A DNA stretch of 64,000 nt from Waterburya sp. (GTDB lineage Bacteria; Cyanobacteriota; Cyanobacteriia; Cyanobacteriales; Xenococcaceae), in contig CBDCJV010000002.1 of NCBI GenBank assembly GCA_965217895.1, forward strand, positions 4,576,001 through 4,640,000, read 5' to 3'. The translations under genes were made by a program, and so were the position numbers. Under the pieces are notes generated by a model. That model saw only the letters and a list, made by a program, of their open reading frames with translations. It was not told where the DNA came from and did not search any database. Positions 1-9,829 of the stretch are shown piece by piece; the stretch's first letter is position 1; each line of letters opens with the position of its first letter.

Positions 1-515
1 ATTAATAAAGGATGGTTGGCAAAGCGATCGCGCATTTCCACCGCTACTTCCTCTATATCTGACTGAAGAAATATCTGCCCTCCCTCTGCTAGATAATCAA
101 CCAAAATCTTGACTAATTCTGACTGTACTACCCGCCGTTTGTTATGTCGCTTTTTGAACCAAGGATCGGGGAATTGGATTGAGATAGTCTTTAAAACATT
201 GCTGGGCAAAGATCTTAATAACCCTAATGCTGAACTATTCATATTGCCAAAAAGATAGTGCAGGTTTGTCAAACCCAATTCATCTTTAGTTTGATTAGCA
301 GCACTCACCAAGCGATCGCGAATTTCAATCCCCAAAAAGTTTGTCTGGGGATTTAGCTGTGCCATTGACAACAAGAAACCACCCCGCCCACAGCCAATAT
401 CCAGATGGAGAGGATAATCGCTTTGAGCGAATATATCTTGCCAATCTGGTATATCTATCGGCTGCTGAAATTTACGAGCGAGGGGATTAACGTGCTGACG
501 AATACGAATGGGCAT
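1..515 (-). CDS. trmB: tRNA (guanine-N7)-methyltransferase, 3' end runs off the window
   Basis: Not in the ORF track. Manual translation from ATG 515: MPIRIRQHVNPLARKFQQP...LHLDIGCGRGGFLLSMAQLNPQTNFLGIEIR...IQFPDPWFKKRHNKRRVVQ, which carries TrmB motifs. Confidence 0.93.
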   Translation of the reverse strand, partial: MPIRIRQHVNPLARKFQQPIDIPDWQDIFAQSDYPLHLDIGCGRGGFLLSMAQLNPQTNFLGIEIRDRLVSAANQTKDELGLTNLHYLFGNMNSSALGLLRSLPSNVLKTISIQFPDPWFKKRHNKRRVVQSELVKILVDYLAEGGQIFLQSDIEEVAVEMRDRFANHPLL

Positions 516-563
516 ACAAAAGAGGGCGTTACTGATTTAACTGTAGTAAAAAAACTCCAAGAT

Positions 564-1100
564 TTAAGAATTAGTATTTATCGAAACTACCGTACCGCTA
601 AAGTCATAAAGATCGCCCTGTAATTGAATTGATGAGCCTATTTTTACTTTTTTACTTCCATCCAAAATAACGCCACTGTTGGTCACTTCAGCATTACTAT
701 TGAGAGTCATGATTAAATCTCTAGTAATTCTAATTTCAGGGCGTGGATCTGGTAAAGCTTTTACAGAACCGTCTGGCTGGGGTACGGGAGTTGTTCGCGG
801 TAAGGTTTCAGTATTTACAATTTCAACTTTTCCTGCTGGTTGATTGCGAATAACAATATCAGCTTTTTTTTCTCGCTTAAATTCTGCAACCAAGCCATCA
901 AAATCAGCGACGTTCAAACCCTTGACAAAAACCTTTACTTCAACAGGTCTTTGCTTTGTTTGAGCAACAAGATTTGTAGTTAGGGGCGTACCTGGAAAAA
1001 AGAAAACACCGACAAAGACTAGTAAAATTACAGCAGCAGCAGCAAGATCGAGAATGCTCAATTTGCCAAATAGTCTTCCTTTAGAATCAATAATACTCAT
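564..1100 (-). CDS. DUF4330 family protein with N-terminal membrane anchor
   Basis: MSIIDSKGRLFGKLSILD start, TM helix, IVIRNQPAG and PQPDGSVKALPDPRP motifs. Confidence 0.8.
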   Translation of the reverse strand: MSIIDSKGRLFGKLSILDLAAAAVILLVFVGVFFFPGTPLTTNLVAQTKQRPVEVKVFVKGLNVADFDGLVAEFKREKKADIVIRNQPAGKVEIVNTETLPRTTPVPQPDGSVKALPDPRPEIRITRDLIMTLNSNAEVTNSGVILDGSKKVKIGSSIQLQGDLYDFSGTVVSINTNS

Positions 1101-1320
1101 AAATCAACTGTCGGAAATTTCGATATCCTGAATAATTTCGCTTATATTATGTCACTTGTTAGCTGTTATTTGTTCAACTTAAATGTTCAAATACTCGCCA
1201 ATGTATGAAGAAAACAGTAGTTTATTAAATTTTGTCAAAGAAAGATATGCAGTTTAGTTGGCAAAATCATTTTCTTTTCTAAAATTTGAGCAAGAAACAC
1301 AATCAGGAAATCAAATAATT

Positions 1321-1743
1321 ATGACCCAATCAACAACAAACGATAACCAAGACTTATTTAAAATTTTGGTAGCAGTTGCTTGGATTGATGGAGAAATTCA
1401 AGCCCCAGAAAGAAAATTTCTGGAGAAAATAGCGGTAGAACAAAATATAAAATCAGCAACAGTACAAGATTTATTAACTACTCATCAGGCTACTTCTACC
1501 GAACAGTGCTATAAACTATTAAAAGCATATCTAGGCTCTAATCCTAATGCAGAGGACTATCAAGAACTACTATCCGCTGTTAGTACCTTGATTTATAGCG
1601 ACGATGACATTGCTACTGAAGAAGCCTCCTTATTGACTCAGATGCAAAATCTTGACCCAAATAACCCAGCCAACAATTCTACTTTTGATAAAGTGATTGG
1701 CAAAATTCAAAAATTATATCGAGCAGGATTATCAGCAGTTTAG
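1321..1743 (+). CDS. TerB-like (tellurite resistance family) protein
   Basis: KILVAVAWIDGEIQAPERKFL and LIYSDDDIATEEA motifs; ATG 1321 preferred over upstream TTG 1258. Confidence 0.75.
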   Translation: MTQSTTNDNQDLFKILVAVAWIDGEIQAPERKFLEKIAVEQNIKSATVQDLLTTHQATSTEQCYKLLKAYLGSNPNAEDYQELLSAVSTLIYSDDDIATEEASLLTQMQNLDPNNPANNSTFDKVIGKIQKLYRAGLSAV

Positions 1744-1755
1744 ACAAGATTCTGG

Positions 1756-2640
1756 TTATTTTTCATTCCAGATACGTAAATAAAAATATACAAACACAAA
1801 GGCAATTATCAATAGAATAGTTGCTGCTGCTGCTGCATAGCCAAACTCGAAGCGGGAAAACGCCTGTTCGTAAATATAATAAACCAACAAATTAGTTGAG
1901 TTTAACGGGCCACCACCAGTAATAATATAAACCTGCTCAAAACTTTTCAAGGTAAAGATAGCTGTAGTCAAAACGGCAAAAACAATAGTCGGTTTTAAGC
2001 CAGGAATGGTAATATATCTAAACTTTGCCCAACCATCAGCACCATCTAATTCGGCCGCTTCATAGCGAGATTGAGGAATAGTCTGTAATCCAGCTAAAAA
2101 CACCACTAAGTTAAAGCCCAACTGTTTCCAGCTACTTAATAGAATTAAGACAGGCATTGCCCAAAAAGTACTGCTTAACCAAGCAATAGGCTCTAGTCCC
2201 CAGTCAATTAAAATATCGTTAACGGGGCCATCGGTTTGAAATAGCCAACGAAACGCTAAACCCACAGCAACTAAAGATGTAATCGAAGGTATAAAATATG
2301 CTGCTCTCAAAACTCCCCGTAAAGCTAAAGAGCGATTGAGTAAAACAGCTAATCCCAGAGGAATAATAATTGTTGGCATCAGGGTGGCAACTGTAAAATA
2401 TGCCGTATTGCCAATTACCTGCCAAAAGTCGGCATCGGTAAATAAACGCAGATAATTACGCACTCCTACCCACTCAATCCCTGATACTGTAAAGCTGCCA
2501 GTAGTAAAGCTAAGATACAGTAGGTAAACAATCGGATAAAACAGAAAAATACCTAGTAAGATTAGTGCAGGGGCAAGAAACAGCCCAGCAGCAACAGAAT
2601 CGCGATCAAGCCAAGTTGAGCTGGAGTTTGTTTTAGTCAT
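1756..2640 (-). CDS. Carbohydrate ABC transporter permease (MalF/UgpA type)
   Basis: EAA loop YEAAELDGA; TGGGP and FGYAAA motifs; several TM helices. Confidence 0.9.
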   Translation of the reverse strand: MTKTNSSSTWLDRDSVAAGLFLAPALILLGIFLFYPIVYLLYLSFTTGSFTVSGIEWVGVRNYLRLFTDADFWQVIGNTAYFTVATLMPTIIIPLGLAVLLNRSLALRGVLRAAYFIPSITSLVAVGLAFRWLFQTDGPVNDILIDWGLEPIAWLSSTFWAMPVLILLSSWKQLGFNLVVFLAGLQTIPQSRYEAAELDGADGWAKFRYITIPGLKPTIVFAVLTTAIFTLKSFEQVYIITGGGPLNSTNLLVYYIYEQAFSRFEFGYAAAAATILLIIAFVFVYFYLRIWNEK

Positions 2641-3806
2641 GTTTGATATTTGATTAATCTAGCAGCAATTGTTTTAACTGGATTGTCTGGAGATTTAAGC
2701 TTGACTCTTTCAATCTGAAAAGCTGAAGTAAGGTTTAAATCTAGATTTAATTGATTAGGCTCTTTTTTTTGCTGATTTTTAAAGGCTTGACTTAATAATT
2801 GTTCTTTAATTGCTGTAGCCAAAGCCCAACTAAAATTTACAGGGACAGCATTACCAATCATTTTGTAACCTGCATTCAGATTTTGATAGTAGAAAATAAA
2901 GTCATCAGGGAAAGTTTGAATTCTGGCACACTCTCTTACAGACAAACGATAGTAAGGATAAGGCGAATCAGGATCGAAGATAAATTTATCTCGCGCTACA
3001 TTAATCATTTTGTTGGCTTGAGGATGAATTGGCGCATGGCGACAACTTGCTTGTATTGTAAAAGATGGCTCTTGCCACGATCGCACTCGATTACGAGACA
3101 TATACATACTAGAGAAGCCACCAACTGCATACTCATGGTTGGCAATTAGACAAGTCTCGGCGTTAGTTTTATTTTTTGCTTTTGCTGCCAAAGCCAATTC
3201 TCTCAAATCCCAAATAGCATCTTTAAGAGTTAATTTCGGCTGCTGTTTTAATGCCTCAAAATTAAAAGCTCGTTGAATATATTGACGAAAACCGACGAGA
3301 ATAAACCGTTTTCTCTGTTGGGGAACATTAAAATTAACTGCATCAAGTAATTTAAATCTAACTTCATATCCTGCTTCTTCAAAAGCAGCAACAATATTTT
3401 TGAGAGCGCGATCGTGTTTTTGGTGTAGCATTCCTGAAACGTTTTCTGCCAAGAAAAATAAAGGCTGTTTATCTTGTAGAATCCGAATATATTCTAAGAA
3501 TAGGCGACCACGCTCATCCTCAATTCCTTTTTGTCTTCCTGCTTCACTCCAGCTTTGACAAGGAGGCCCACCTACAATACCAAGGCAATCAGGAATTTCC
3601 ACTGAAGCAATTTCGCGAATATCTCTATGGTCTAAATGAGTATTAGTGTGGTTTGCTTCGTAGGTGTGCCAAATTTCTTTGTCCCATTCGTTTGCCCAAA
3701 TAGTCTTAAATCCCGCTTGAGCAAAACCCAGATCTAAACCGCCACAACCAGCAAAAAGGGACACAATATTAAAACTGCTGTTTAAATTAGCTGATATTAA
3801 TTTCAT
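2637..3806 (-). CDS. DNA (cytosine-5)-methyltransferase, M.HaeIII-like (probably GGCC)
   Basis: Motifs FAGCGG, GGPPCQSWSEAG, ENV, QQRKR, MSRNRVRSW, RECARIQTFPD, YKMIGNAVP; the variable region resembles recalled M.HaeIII. Confidence 0.9.
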   Translation of the reverse strand: MKLISANLNSSFNIVSLFAGCGGLDLGFAQAGFKTIWANEWDKEIWHTYEANHTNTHLDHRDIREIASVEIPDCLGIVGGPPCQSWSEAGRQKGIEDERGRLFLEYIRILQDKQPLFFLAENVSGMLHQKHDRALKNIVAAFEEAGYEVRFKLLDAVNFNVPQQRKRFILVGFRQYIQRAFNFEALKQQPKLTLKDAIWDLRELALAAKAKNKTNAETCLIANHEYAVGGFSSMYMSRNRVRSWQEPSFTIQASCRHAPIHPQANKMINVARDKFIFDPDSPYPYYRLSVRECARIQTFPDDFIFYYQNLNAGYKMIGNAVPVNFSWALATAIKEQLLSQAFKNQQKKEPNQLNLDLNLTSAFQIERVKLKSPDNPVKTIAARLIKYQT

Positions 3807-4086
3807 TAATTATCAAAAATAAAGCGATCGCCTGTAAATATAAATATAAATTACTAAATTAATAAGTAACCAAATTTTATCTTGATTATTCAATAATAGC
3901 CATAAAAAAGATTAGAAATGTGACATAATAAACAAATCTTTTGTAATTAATTATTGATGATAGAAAATATAAATTATTGATATATATCAATGCTTTTAAT
4001 ATATTGTAACTATAATATTTAAACTAATCAAAGTAGAATGTTTTGTGACAATTAAACAACAATAAATTTGGGTGTGAGGTTCATAG

Positions 4087-5865
4087 ATGAAAAAGTTAGG
4101 TGCTTTATTTATCATAGGAATTTCTGGTTTTCTGCTGGCTACGCCTCAAGCTGATGCACAAGTAGTTGAATCTGGCAATAAATTCGCAGAAAACTTTAAA
4201 GCTAATAAGATTAATAACGATCTCGATCAAATTGACATACAAAACAACTCAGACAATTCTTTAGGTCAAGTAACAAATGTAGAAAGTTTACGAGATGTTG
4301 CCCCTACAGATTGGGCTTATCAAGCTCTCGCTAACCTAGTCAATCGCTATGGCTGTATTGCAGGTTTTCCTGATCGCACATTTAGAGGTAGCCAACCCTT
4401 AACGCGTTATGAATTTGCTGCTGGTTTAAATAGCTGTTTAAATCAAATTGAACGTTTAATTGCTAGCAATGCAAGTGTTAGCCCAGAAGATTTGGCAACC
4501 ATTCAAAGTTTGCAACAGAAGTTTGGATCGGAATTAAAGTTACTAGGTAACAGACTGGATAATCTTTCAGAACAAACGGCTTCACTTGAAGACAATCAAT
4601 TTTCTACTACCACCAAATTAAAAGGTGAAGTTATTTTCTCCTTGGCTGGTGCAACTGGAGGAGATCCAGTTGCAGGAAACAATCCTCAAATTGTTTTTAA
4701 CGATCGCCTCCGCCTGACTTTGAATACCAGCTTTTCTGGTAAAGACTTATTAATTACGGGTTTACAGGCTAATAATTTTGGCGGTGCAATAGATGGTTCT
4801 GGGAGCATTCAAAATAGTTTATTTCCTACAGAATCTTTACTAACTGCTGGCTCGACCAAACTCAGCTTTGAACCTCAGTTTCCTCGCTTCAATCCCCGAG
4901 ATACCTCCCAAGAGGTTGGAAGCAATTCCATCGATCTTTACAAACTACTTTACATCTTTCCTTCGGGTTTGGATAAACTTACTTTGTTCGCGGGAACGGC
5001 AGCCGAAGCTTCAGATGCTTTCCCAACTATTATCCCCTTTGCCGACGAAGGACAGGGAGCAGTTTCTCGATTTGCTGCTTTAAATCCAGTGCTACGCGTA
5101 TCGGGAGGAACTTCTCAAACTGGATTAGCCTCGGCAACGGGTTTTATTTGGAACGTTTCCGATAAAATAGACTGGCGGGCTTTATACGCTAGCGTTAACG
5201 CTGCCATTCCCCAAAAAGGAGATACTAATGCTTTAGGTGCAGGGCTATTTAGCGGCAGTATGTTAGCTTCAACTCAATTGACCTTGAAGCCGAGAGATAA
5301 TATTGATTTAGGCTTGAACTATGCCTATAGCTATCACGAACTAGATATATTAGCCACGGGACTAGATAGATTTTCGGCAACTGCCTTAGCAATTCCCAAT
5401 CAAACTATCAATCCAGATGGAACTGTTAATGTTGGCGGTATTTTGGACACGCCCGTACAAATTCATTCGGTCGGGGCTTCTTTAAACTGGAATATTTTGC
5501 CCAATCTGGCTTTGACAGGATATGGATCTTACTTTTTTGTTAATTCCGCATCTGGCCCAAAGGCTTCTTCAGAATTTCTCAGTTGGATGACGGGTATTTA
5601 TGTTAAAGATTTATTGAAAGAAGGAAATACGGCAGGACTCATTTTTGGACAACCCTTAAACCGAGTTGATGCAGGTGGTGTAGCACAACTAACAGAACCT
5701 AATGTTGATCGAGGAATACCTTATCATTTAGAAGCTTTCTATAACTACAAAGTCAGTGATAATATAAGCCTAACCCCTGGGGTGTTTGTTTTGTTTAATC
5801 CAGAAGGTAATAAGAATAACGACACTACTACAGTAGGTGTTTTGCGCACTACTTTTTCTTTTTAA
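4087..5865 (+). CDS. SLH-domain outer-membrane porin (iron uptake porin / OprB family)
   Basis: Signal peptide, SLH motif (DVAPTDWAYQAL...RYEFAAGL), coiled coil, FSTTTKLKGE, C-terminal VLRTTFSF. Confidence 0.92.
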   Translation: MKKLGALFIIGISGFLLATPQADAQVVESGNKFAENFKANKINNDLDQIDIQNNSDNSLGQVTNVESLRDVAPTDWAYQALANLVNRYGCIAGFPDRTFRGSQPLTRYEFAAGLNSCLNQIERLIASNASVSPEDLATIQSLQQKFGSELKLLGNRLDNLSEQTASLEDNQFSTTTKLKGEVIFSLAGATGGDPVAGNNPQIVFNDRLRLTLNTSFSGKDLLITGLQANNFGGAIDGSGSIQNSLFPTESLLTAGSTKLSFEPQFPRFNPRDTSQEVGSNSIDLYKLLYIFPSGLDKLTLFAGTAAEASDAFPTIIPFADEGQGAVSRFAALNPVLRVSGGTSQTGLASATGFIWNVSDKIDWRALYASVNAAIPQKGDTNALGAGLFSGSMLASTQLTLKPRDNIDLGLNYAYSYHELDILATGLDRFSATALAIPNQTINPDGTVNVGGILDTPVQIHSVGASLNWNILPNLALTGYGSYFFVNSASGPKASSEFLSWMTGIYVKDLLKEGNTAGLIFGQPLNRVDAGGVAQLTEPNVDRGIPYHLEAFYNYKVSDNISLTPGVFVLFNPEGNKNNDTTTVGVLRTTFSF

Positions 5866-5867
5866 CT

Positions 5868-6024
5868 AACGTGAGTTCGGGATAAGTTAAAAGCCTGGCG
5901 TAGCAAATAATTCAAAAGCTTTTTTTCCAATCAAATTTTAAAGAGCAACAAATCTTTCAACATCTTAAAGCCTAGAGCTTAGAGCTATCTTAACTAATTG
6001 ATTCTCTTAACCCGAACTGAGGTT
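5868..6024. mobile_element. MITE with about 19-bp terminal inverted repeats
   Basis: AACGTGAGTTCGGGATAAG ... CTTAACCCGAACTGAGGTT; related solo ends near 45600 (CTTATCCCAAACTCAGGTT) and 55422. Confidence 0.7.
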
Positions 6025-6058
6025 AAATTAAATTGAGCTAGCAATGATGTTGAAAGAT

Positions 6059-7018
6059 TTAATTTCTGCCGTAGGTTTTGATTGGCTCTTTAATAAAGCG
6101 AATATAAAAGTTTTTAAAGGTTGATCGCAACACGCGAGGCAACCCAAAGTCAATCGGCATTAAAGCATCAGGCAATTTCCAGTCTGCTACCTGTAAGTCT
6201 GCTGGTTTGCAGTAAGGAAACTCTATTTCAGAGAGTTCAGAACAGTATCCCTGTTTGAATTGGGCAGCCAGAGTAGGTATAACTTTGGGGTCAACATTGA
6301 GAATATCAATCATGGCGCGATCTAAGGCAAACACGTCAGTAGACGCGCCCAAAACTCCTAATTGCTTGGGTTCACCGCTACTAGGGCCATTACCCTCATG
6401 ACCAATAATACCGTCAATTATGGTCAAATTAGGCGCGATCGCCTTGGCAGTTTCGACAATCATTTCTCCAAAGCGTTCGGCATCTTTACCTGCCTCCATG
6501 TGCCACCAAGCCTTCATCTTGCCAGGGACACAGCCAAAGAGATTTTTTACTCCTAAAGTCATCGTTAACTGCATATGAGATTTTACCTTTGGTAAATTAA
6601 TCACCACGTCTGCATCCATTGCTTCTTTAGACAGGCGGAGATGCTGAAAGTTTTCATTTTCGGTGGCGTAACGCTGTCCTTTAAATTCTACAATCGGTAA
6701 ATTTAATTCGGCACATAAAGGTAAATAACCATTAGCTTTTGCCACTCCTCTAGCACTTCCAAAGGCAGGACTATCCCCCAGGAAAGGTTTTCCCCCTGCT
6801 TCTTTTACCAGTTGGGCAACGCAGTAGACAATTTCAGGACGAGTAATACATTCTTTGGTAGGACGACTACCCGTAAGTAGATTAGGCTTTAACAAAACGC
6901 GATCGCCTTTTTTAATGATGGCTTCTATTCCCCCCAGGGGTTCGAGTAAATATTCAAGGCGCGATCGCAATTCCTGTAGCTCGTAAGACTCAGCGCGAAT
7001 TAGACTAACTGTATACAT
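6059..7018 (-). CDS. DUF362 domain protein
   Basis: VLLKPNLL, INLPKVKSH, GVKNLFGCVPG, DGIIGHEGNGP motifs. Confidence 0.88.
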   Translation of the reverse strand: MYTVSLIRAESYELQELRSRLEYLLEPLGGIEAIIKKGDRVLLKPNLLTGSRPTKECITRPEIVYCVAQLVKEAGGKPFLGDSPAFGSARGVAKANGYLPLCAELNLPIVEFKGQRYATENENFQHLRLSKEAMDADVVINLPKVKSHMQLTMTLGVKNLFGCVPGKMKAWWHMEAGKDAERFGEMIVETAKAIAPNLTIIDGIIGHEGNGPSSGEPKQLGVLGASTDVFALDRAMIDILNVDPKVIPTLAAQFKQGYCSELSEIEFPYCKPADLQVADWKLPDALMPIDFGLPRVLRSTFKNFYIRFIKEPIKTYGRN

Positions 7019-7111
7019 TTTTTTAGTTTATTTTTAAGCAAGTTATGCAAATTCTATCTCTTCTGCTTAAAATTTAAACCATAGTCGCCTCCACCGAAAA
7101 AAGAGTAAAAG

Positions 7112-8377
7112 CTATTCAGCAAAAGTTTTTACTCCACCCTCAGGATCTAATAGTAGACGAATTACTGATTTTTGAGATTTAGTAATAGGAGAAATAAATG
7201 ATTCTCCCTTCACGGGAATATTAGTTTGACTTAAATACAACTCTGAAGCTTTGCCTAAAGGAATTACTCGTTTGATTGAGCCATTAGGGTTAAGATATAA
7301 ACGATATTCAAGACTTTGTTTTAGGTCTGCTGGCGGTTGCCATTTAGCTTGAAAATAAACCTGAATTTCTTGTAATTGAGCAGATTGCGCAGGATTTTGG
7401 CTAGATGAAATTGAACCTAAATCTTCAGGCGATTCTGAGGGTGAATTATTAACTTTCGCGGACTTAGATTCATTGGATTCAGCAGAATTAATCTCGGTTT
7501 TTGACTGTGGATTCAATCTCGCTATTCTTTGATCTTTAGCTTCAGCAGGAGTTACAGTATTTAAGTGTGATCGCTCACCTACTCGATCTAGTGGATAGTC
7601 AGCAGGATCGGGAATATTTGGTTTGGGTTTTGGGGTATCTACTGCTGGGGGTGGTGGTAGTCTTTTGGTAGATGAAAGAGGTTCATTCGATTTTAGTTTA
7701 GCGGTTGTTCTATCTATCTTTGGTATTTGAGGAGGTACAATTTCATTAAATCGAGGAGTCTTTTCTATCTTTTGAGAATCTGATTTGGAGTCGGTGGCAA
7801 CATTTTGAGGAGCGGGAGATTTTAAAACGACACCAGCAATCCCTACCGCAGCTATAGTTGCAGCAGCCATAGTACCCCAAAGAGGAATTGTTTTGTTGAG
7901 TTGAGTTTGTTTTAGTTCAGGTAAGGCTGCAAATTGGGTTGTGTATGCTTCTAAAGCAGTGACCAAATCAAATAACTGTACTGTGCTTAGCTGAATATTG
8001 TCCGCAGCAGCGTCATGAGTTAGATTAGCCAAAAATAATTGATGAGCAACTAATCCTTTGGGTTTTAAACAAGGATAATTGTTATTTAGTTTATGGTCTA
8101 TTTTTAAATCTACGTTTGATTTAGTTGCAAGATTTAGACTAGCGTGTAAAAATTCTTGAACATATCTATCAACTACTATTTTCAACTGTTCTAAATCTGA
8201 TTGGCTGCCTTTGATTTTGACCTGCTTGCTGGTAGGTAATTGTGGATCATCAAAGCTTAAATGAAACTGAAGTTTTTTAAGCATTTCTCGATTTGTCCAG
8301 CGAGATAAAGGAGATTTATTACCTTTTATTTCTAAAGTACAGGTAGGAGGTGTAAAACGATGAAATGTAATAGACAT
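7112..8377 (-). CDS. DUF4335 protein (TM helix, Pro/Ser-rich linker, TonB-C-like C-terminus; SepI-like)
   Basis: HRFTPPTCTLEI start, LSTVQLFDLVTAL, one TM segment, C-terminal YFQAKWQPPADLKQSLEYRL. Confidence 0.75.
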   Translation of the reverse strand: MSITFHRFTPPTCTLEIKGNKSPLSRWTNREMLKKLQFHLSFDDPQLPTSKQVKIKGSQSDLEQLKIVVDRYVQEFLHASLNLATKSNVDLKIDHKLNNNYPCLKPKGLVAHQLFLANLTHDAAADNIQLSTVQLFDLVTALEAYTTQFAALPELKQTQLNKTIPLWGTMAAATIAAVGIAGVVLKSPAPQNVATDSKSDSQKIEKTPRFNEIVPPQIPKIDRTTAKLKSNEPLSSTKRLPPPPAVDTPKPKPNIPDPADYPLDRVGERSHLNTVTPAEAKDQRIARLNPQSKTEINSAESNESKSAKVNNSPSESPEDLGSISSSQNPAQSAQLQEIQVYFQAKWQPPADLKQSLEYRLYLNPNGSIKRVIPLGKASELYLSQTNIPVKGESFISPITKSQKSVIRLLLDPEGGVKTFAE

Positions 8378-8403
8378 GATAGATTATTGATTTTTATCAG
8401 GCA

Positions 8404-8991
8404 TTATAGAGTTGCATCAAAAATTGCGATCCAAAGTAAACGATGACCATTATTACTACTATAAAATAACAAGTTTATCAATAGCTTCCAGGCTAATTCT
8501 GACAGAGATTCTATCGAAAAATTAGCAGAATTATTAATTCTTTCGTGATAGTAATTAATGAATTTATCCAGGTAATTTCCCAGTAAAGCAGTCTGATGAG
8601 GTGTTTTATTTTGTTCTGTTGTCTGTTCTAACAAGCTAACGGCACGACGAAGCAATTCTTGATGTTGATTTGCCAAATAACAAATAATTAATACCAAGGA
8701 GCGTGCTTCTTCTACATCTAGTTTTTTTCTCCCCCCAGTACTTTTACGCAAGGGATTTGATGCTCTTAATCGCCATAAAGTTAAACGATCGCTGACGATA
8801 GATTCTAAGTTTAAATCTTTAGCGGCCTCCAGAATAGCTTCAGAGCTAATATTGGCGATCGCTTCTAGAGCTAATATTGCTAAATCTAAATGAGATTTTA
8901 TATTTTCTAATTGATCGTCACCAATCAGCTTTGGCGAAGCTAAGTCTTGCCATCTTGATGAATCAGCAGTGTTTTTAGTAGTGGATGGCAT
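8404..8991 (-). CDS. DUF3038 family protein
   Basis: LDLAILALEA, LWRLRASNPLR, LLFYSS...RLW motifs. Confidence 0.85.
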   Translation of the reverse strand: MPSTTKNTADSSRWQDLASPKLIGDDQLENIKSHLDLAILALEAIANISSEAILEAAKDLNLESIVSDRLTLWRLRASNPLRKSTGGRKKLDVEEARSLVLIICYLANQHQELLRRAVSLLEQTTEQNKTPHQTALLGNYLDKFINYYHERINNSANFSIESLSELAWKLLINLLFYSSNNGHRLLWIAIFDATL

Positions 8992-9225
8992 AAGCCGTTA
9001 AGCATTCAATGTATTTATCAAGGTTAATGGGGTACGAGGGGATGGTTTAACTATTTGCTTTCTAACTAAATAATAGGCAATTTCAATGTACATTGGACTA
9101 AAAGCAACTGCTTCACTTGAACTAGGAAGCTACCAGGTTTTATTTGGACGAGGAAAAAGCAATAAATCTATCTTTAAAATTTGTCAATAAATTAAATATT
9201 TTCGGCAAAAATATACAGTTGTTCC

Positions 9226-9798
9226 TTAGTTAGAAGAATTATTATGAGGTTTTGTAGTGTGATCTTCTTTTGATTTAGTATAGCTCAAATGAAGTAAATA
9301 CTGGCTGATAGAAATAAGTAAAATAGCTAAAGCAACATAGATTATATCACTAAGTTGGCCGATTTCAATACTGAGCATTTGCTTAAATAAGCTAACAATT
9401 AGGGCAACAACAATTACATTAACCAATTTGCCTTTTAGTTCTTCTAAGCTGGCACTTTGCAGAATACTAGAATCATCTTGATGCTTAATTTCTATTTCTG
9501 AAATAAATAATTCGTAAATACCAAAAGCAAAAATTAATAAAACAATGCCGATGAGATAATAATCTACCCCTCCAATTATGTAGGTAATCGTCTTGATCGT
9601 CATTTCTCCCTCTGGATGTTGAGGATTTAATGCCAGAGTCAATCCTGCCCAGATATCTACAGTGCCAATTAAAATTAAGCGCAAAGCACTAAGTAAACTA
9701 AAAATAACTGGAATTAGAATGAAAAAACGAAAGTTCCAAATCAAGCTTTCAAAAGCTAACTCAAGCTTTCTAAATTTTCCTGTTGTCTTGTTTTTCAT
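9226..9798 (-). CDS. YqhA / UPF0114 family membrane protein
   Basis: DYYLIGIVLLIFAFGIYELFIS; SLEELKGKL. Confidence 0.85.
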   Translation of the reverse strand: MKNKTTGKFRKLELAFESLIWNFRFFILIPVIFSLLSALRLILIGTVDIWAGLTLALNPQHPEGEMTIKTITYIIGGVDYYLIGIVLLIFAFGIYELFISEIEIKHQDDSSILQSASLEELKGKLVNVIVVALIVSLFKQMLSIEIGQLSDIIYVALAILLISISQYLLHLSYTKSKEDHTTKPHNNSSN

Positions 9799-9829
9799 TA
9801 ATGCCCATTATGATTGCCAATCATTAAAT

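Noticed and set aside
405..623. 72-aa plus-strand ORF
   Set aside because: Antisense to trmB and the DUF4330 gene; no recognisable features.
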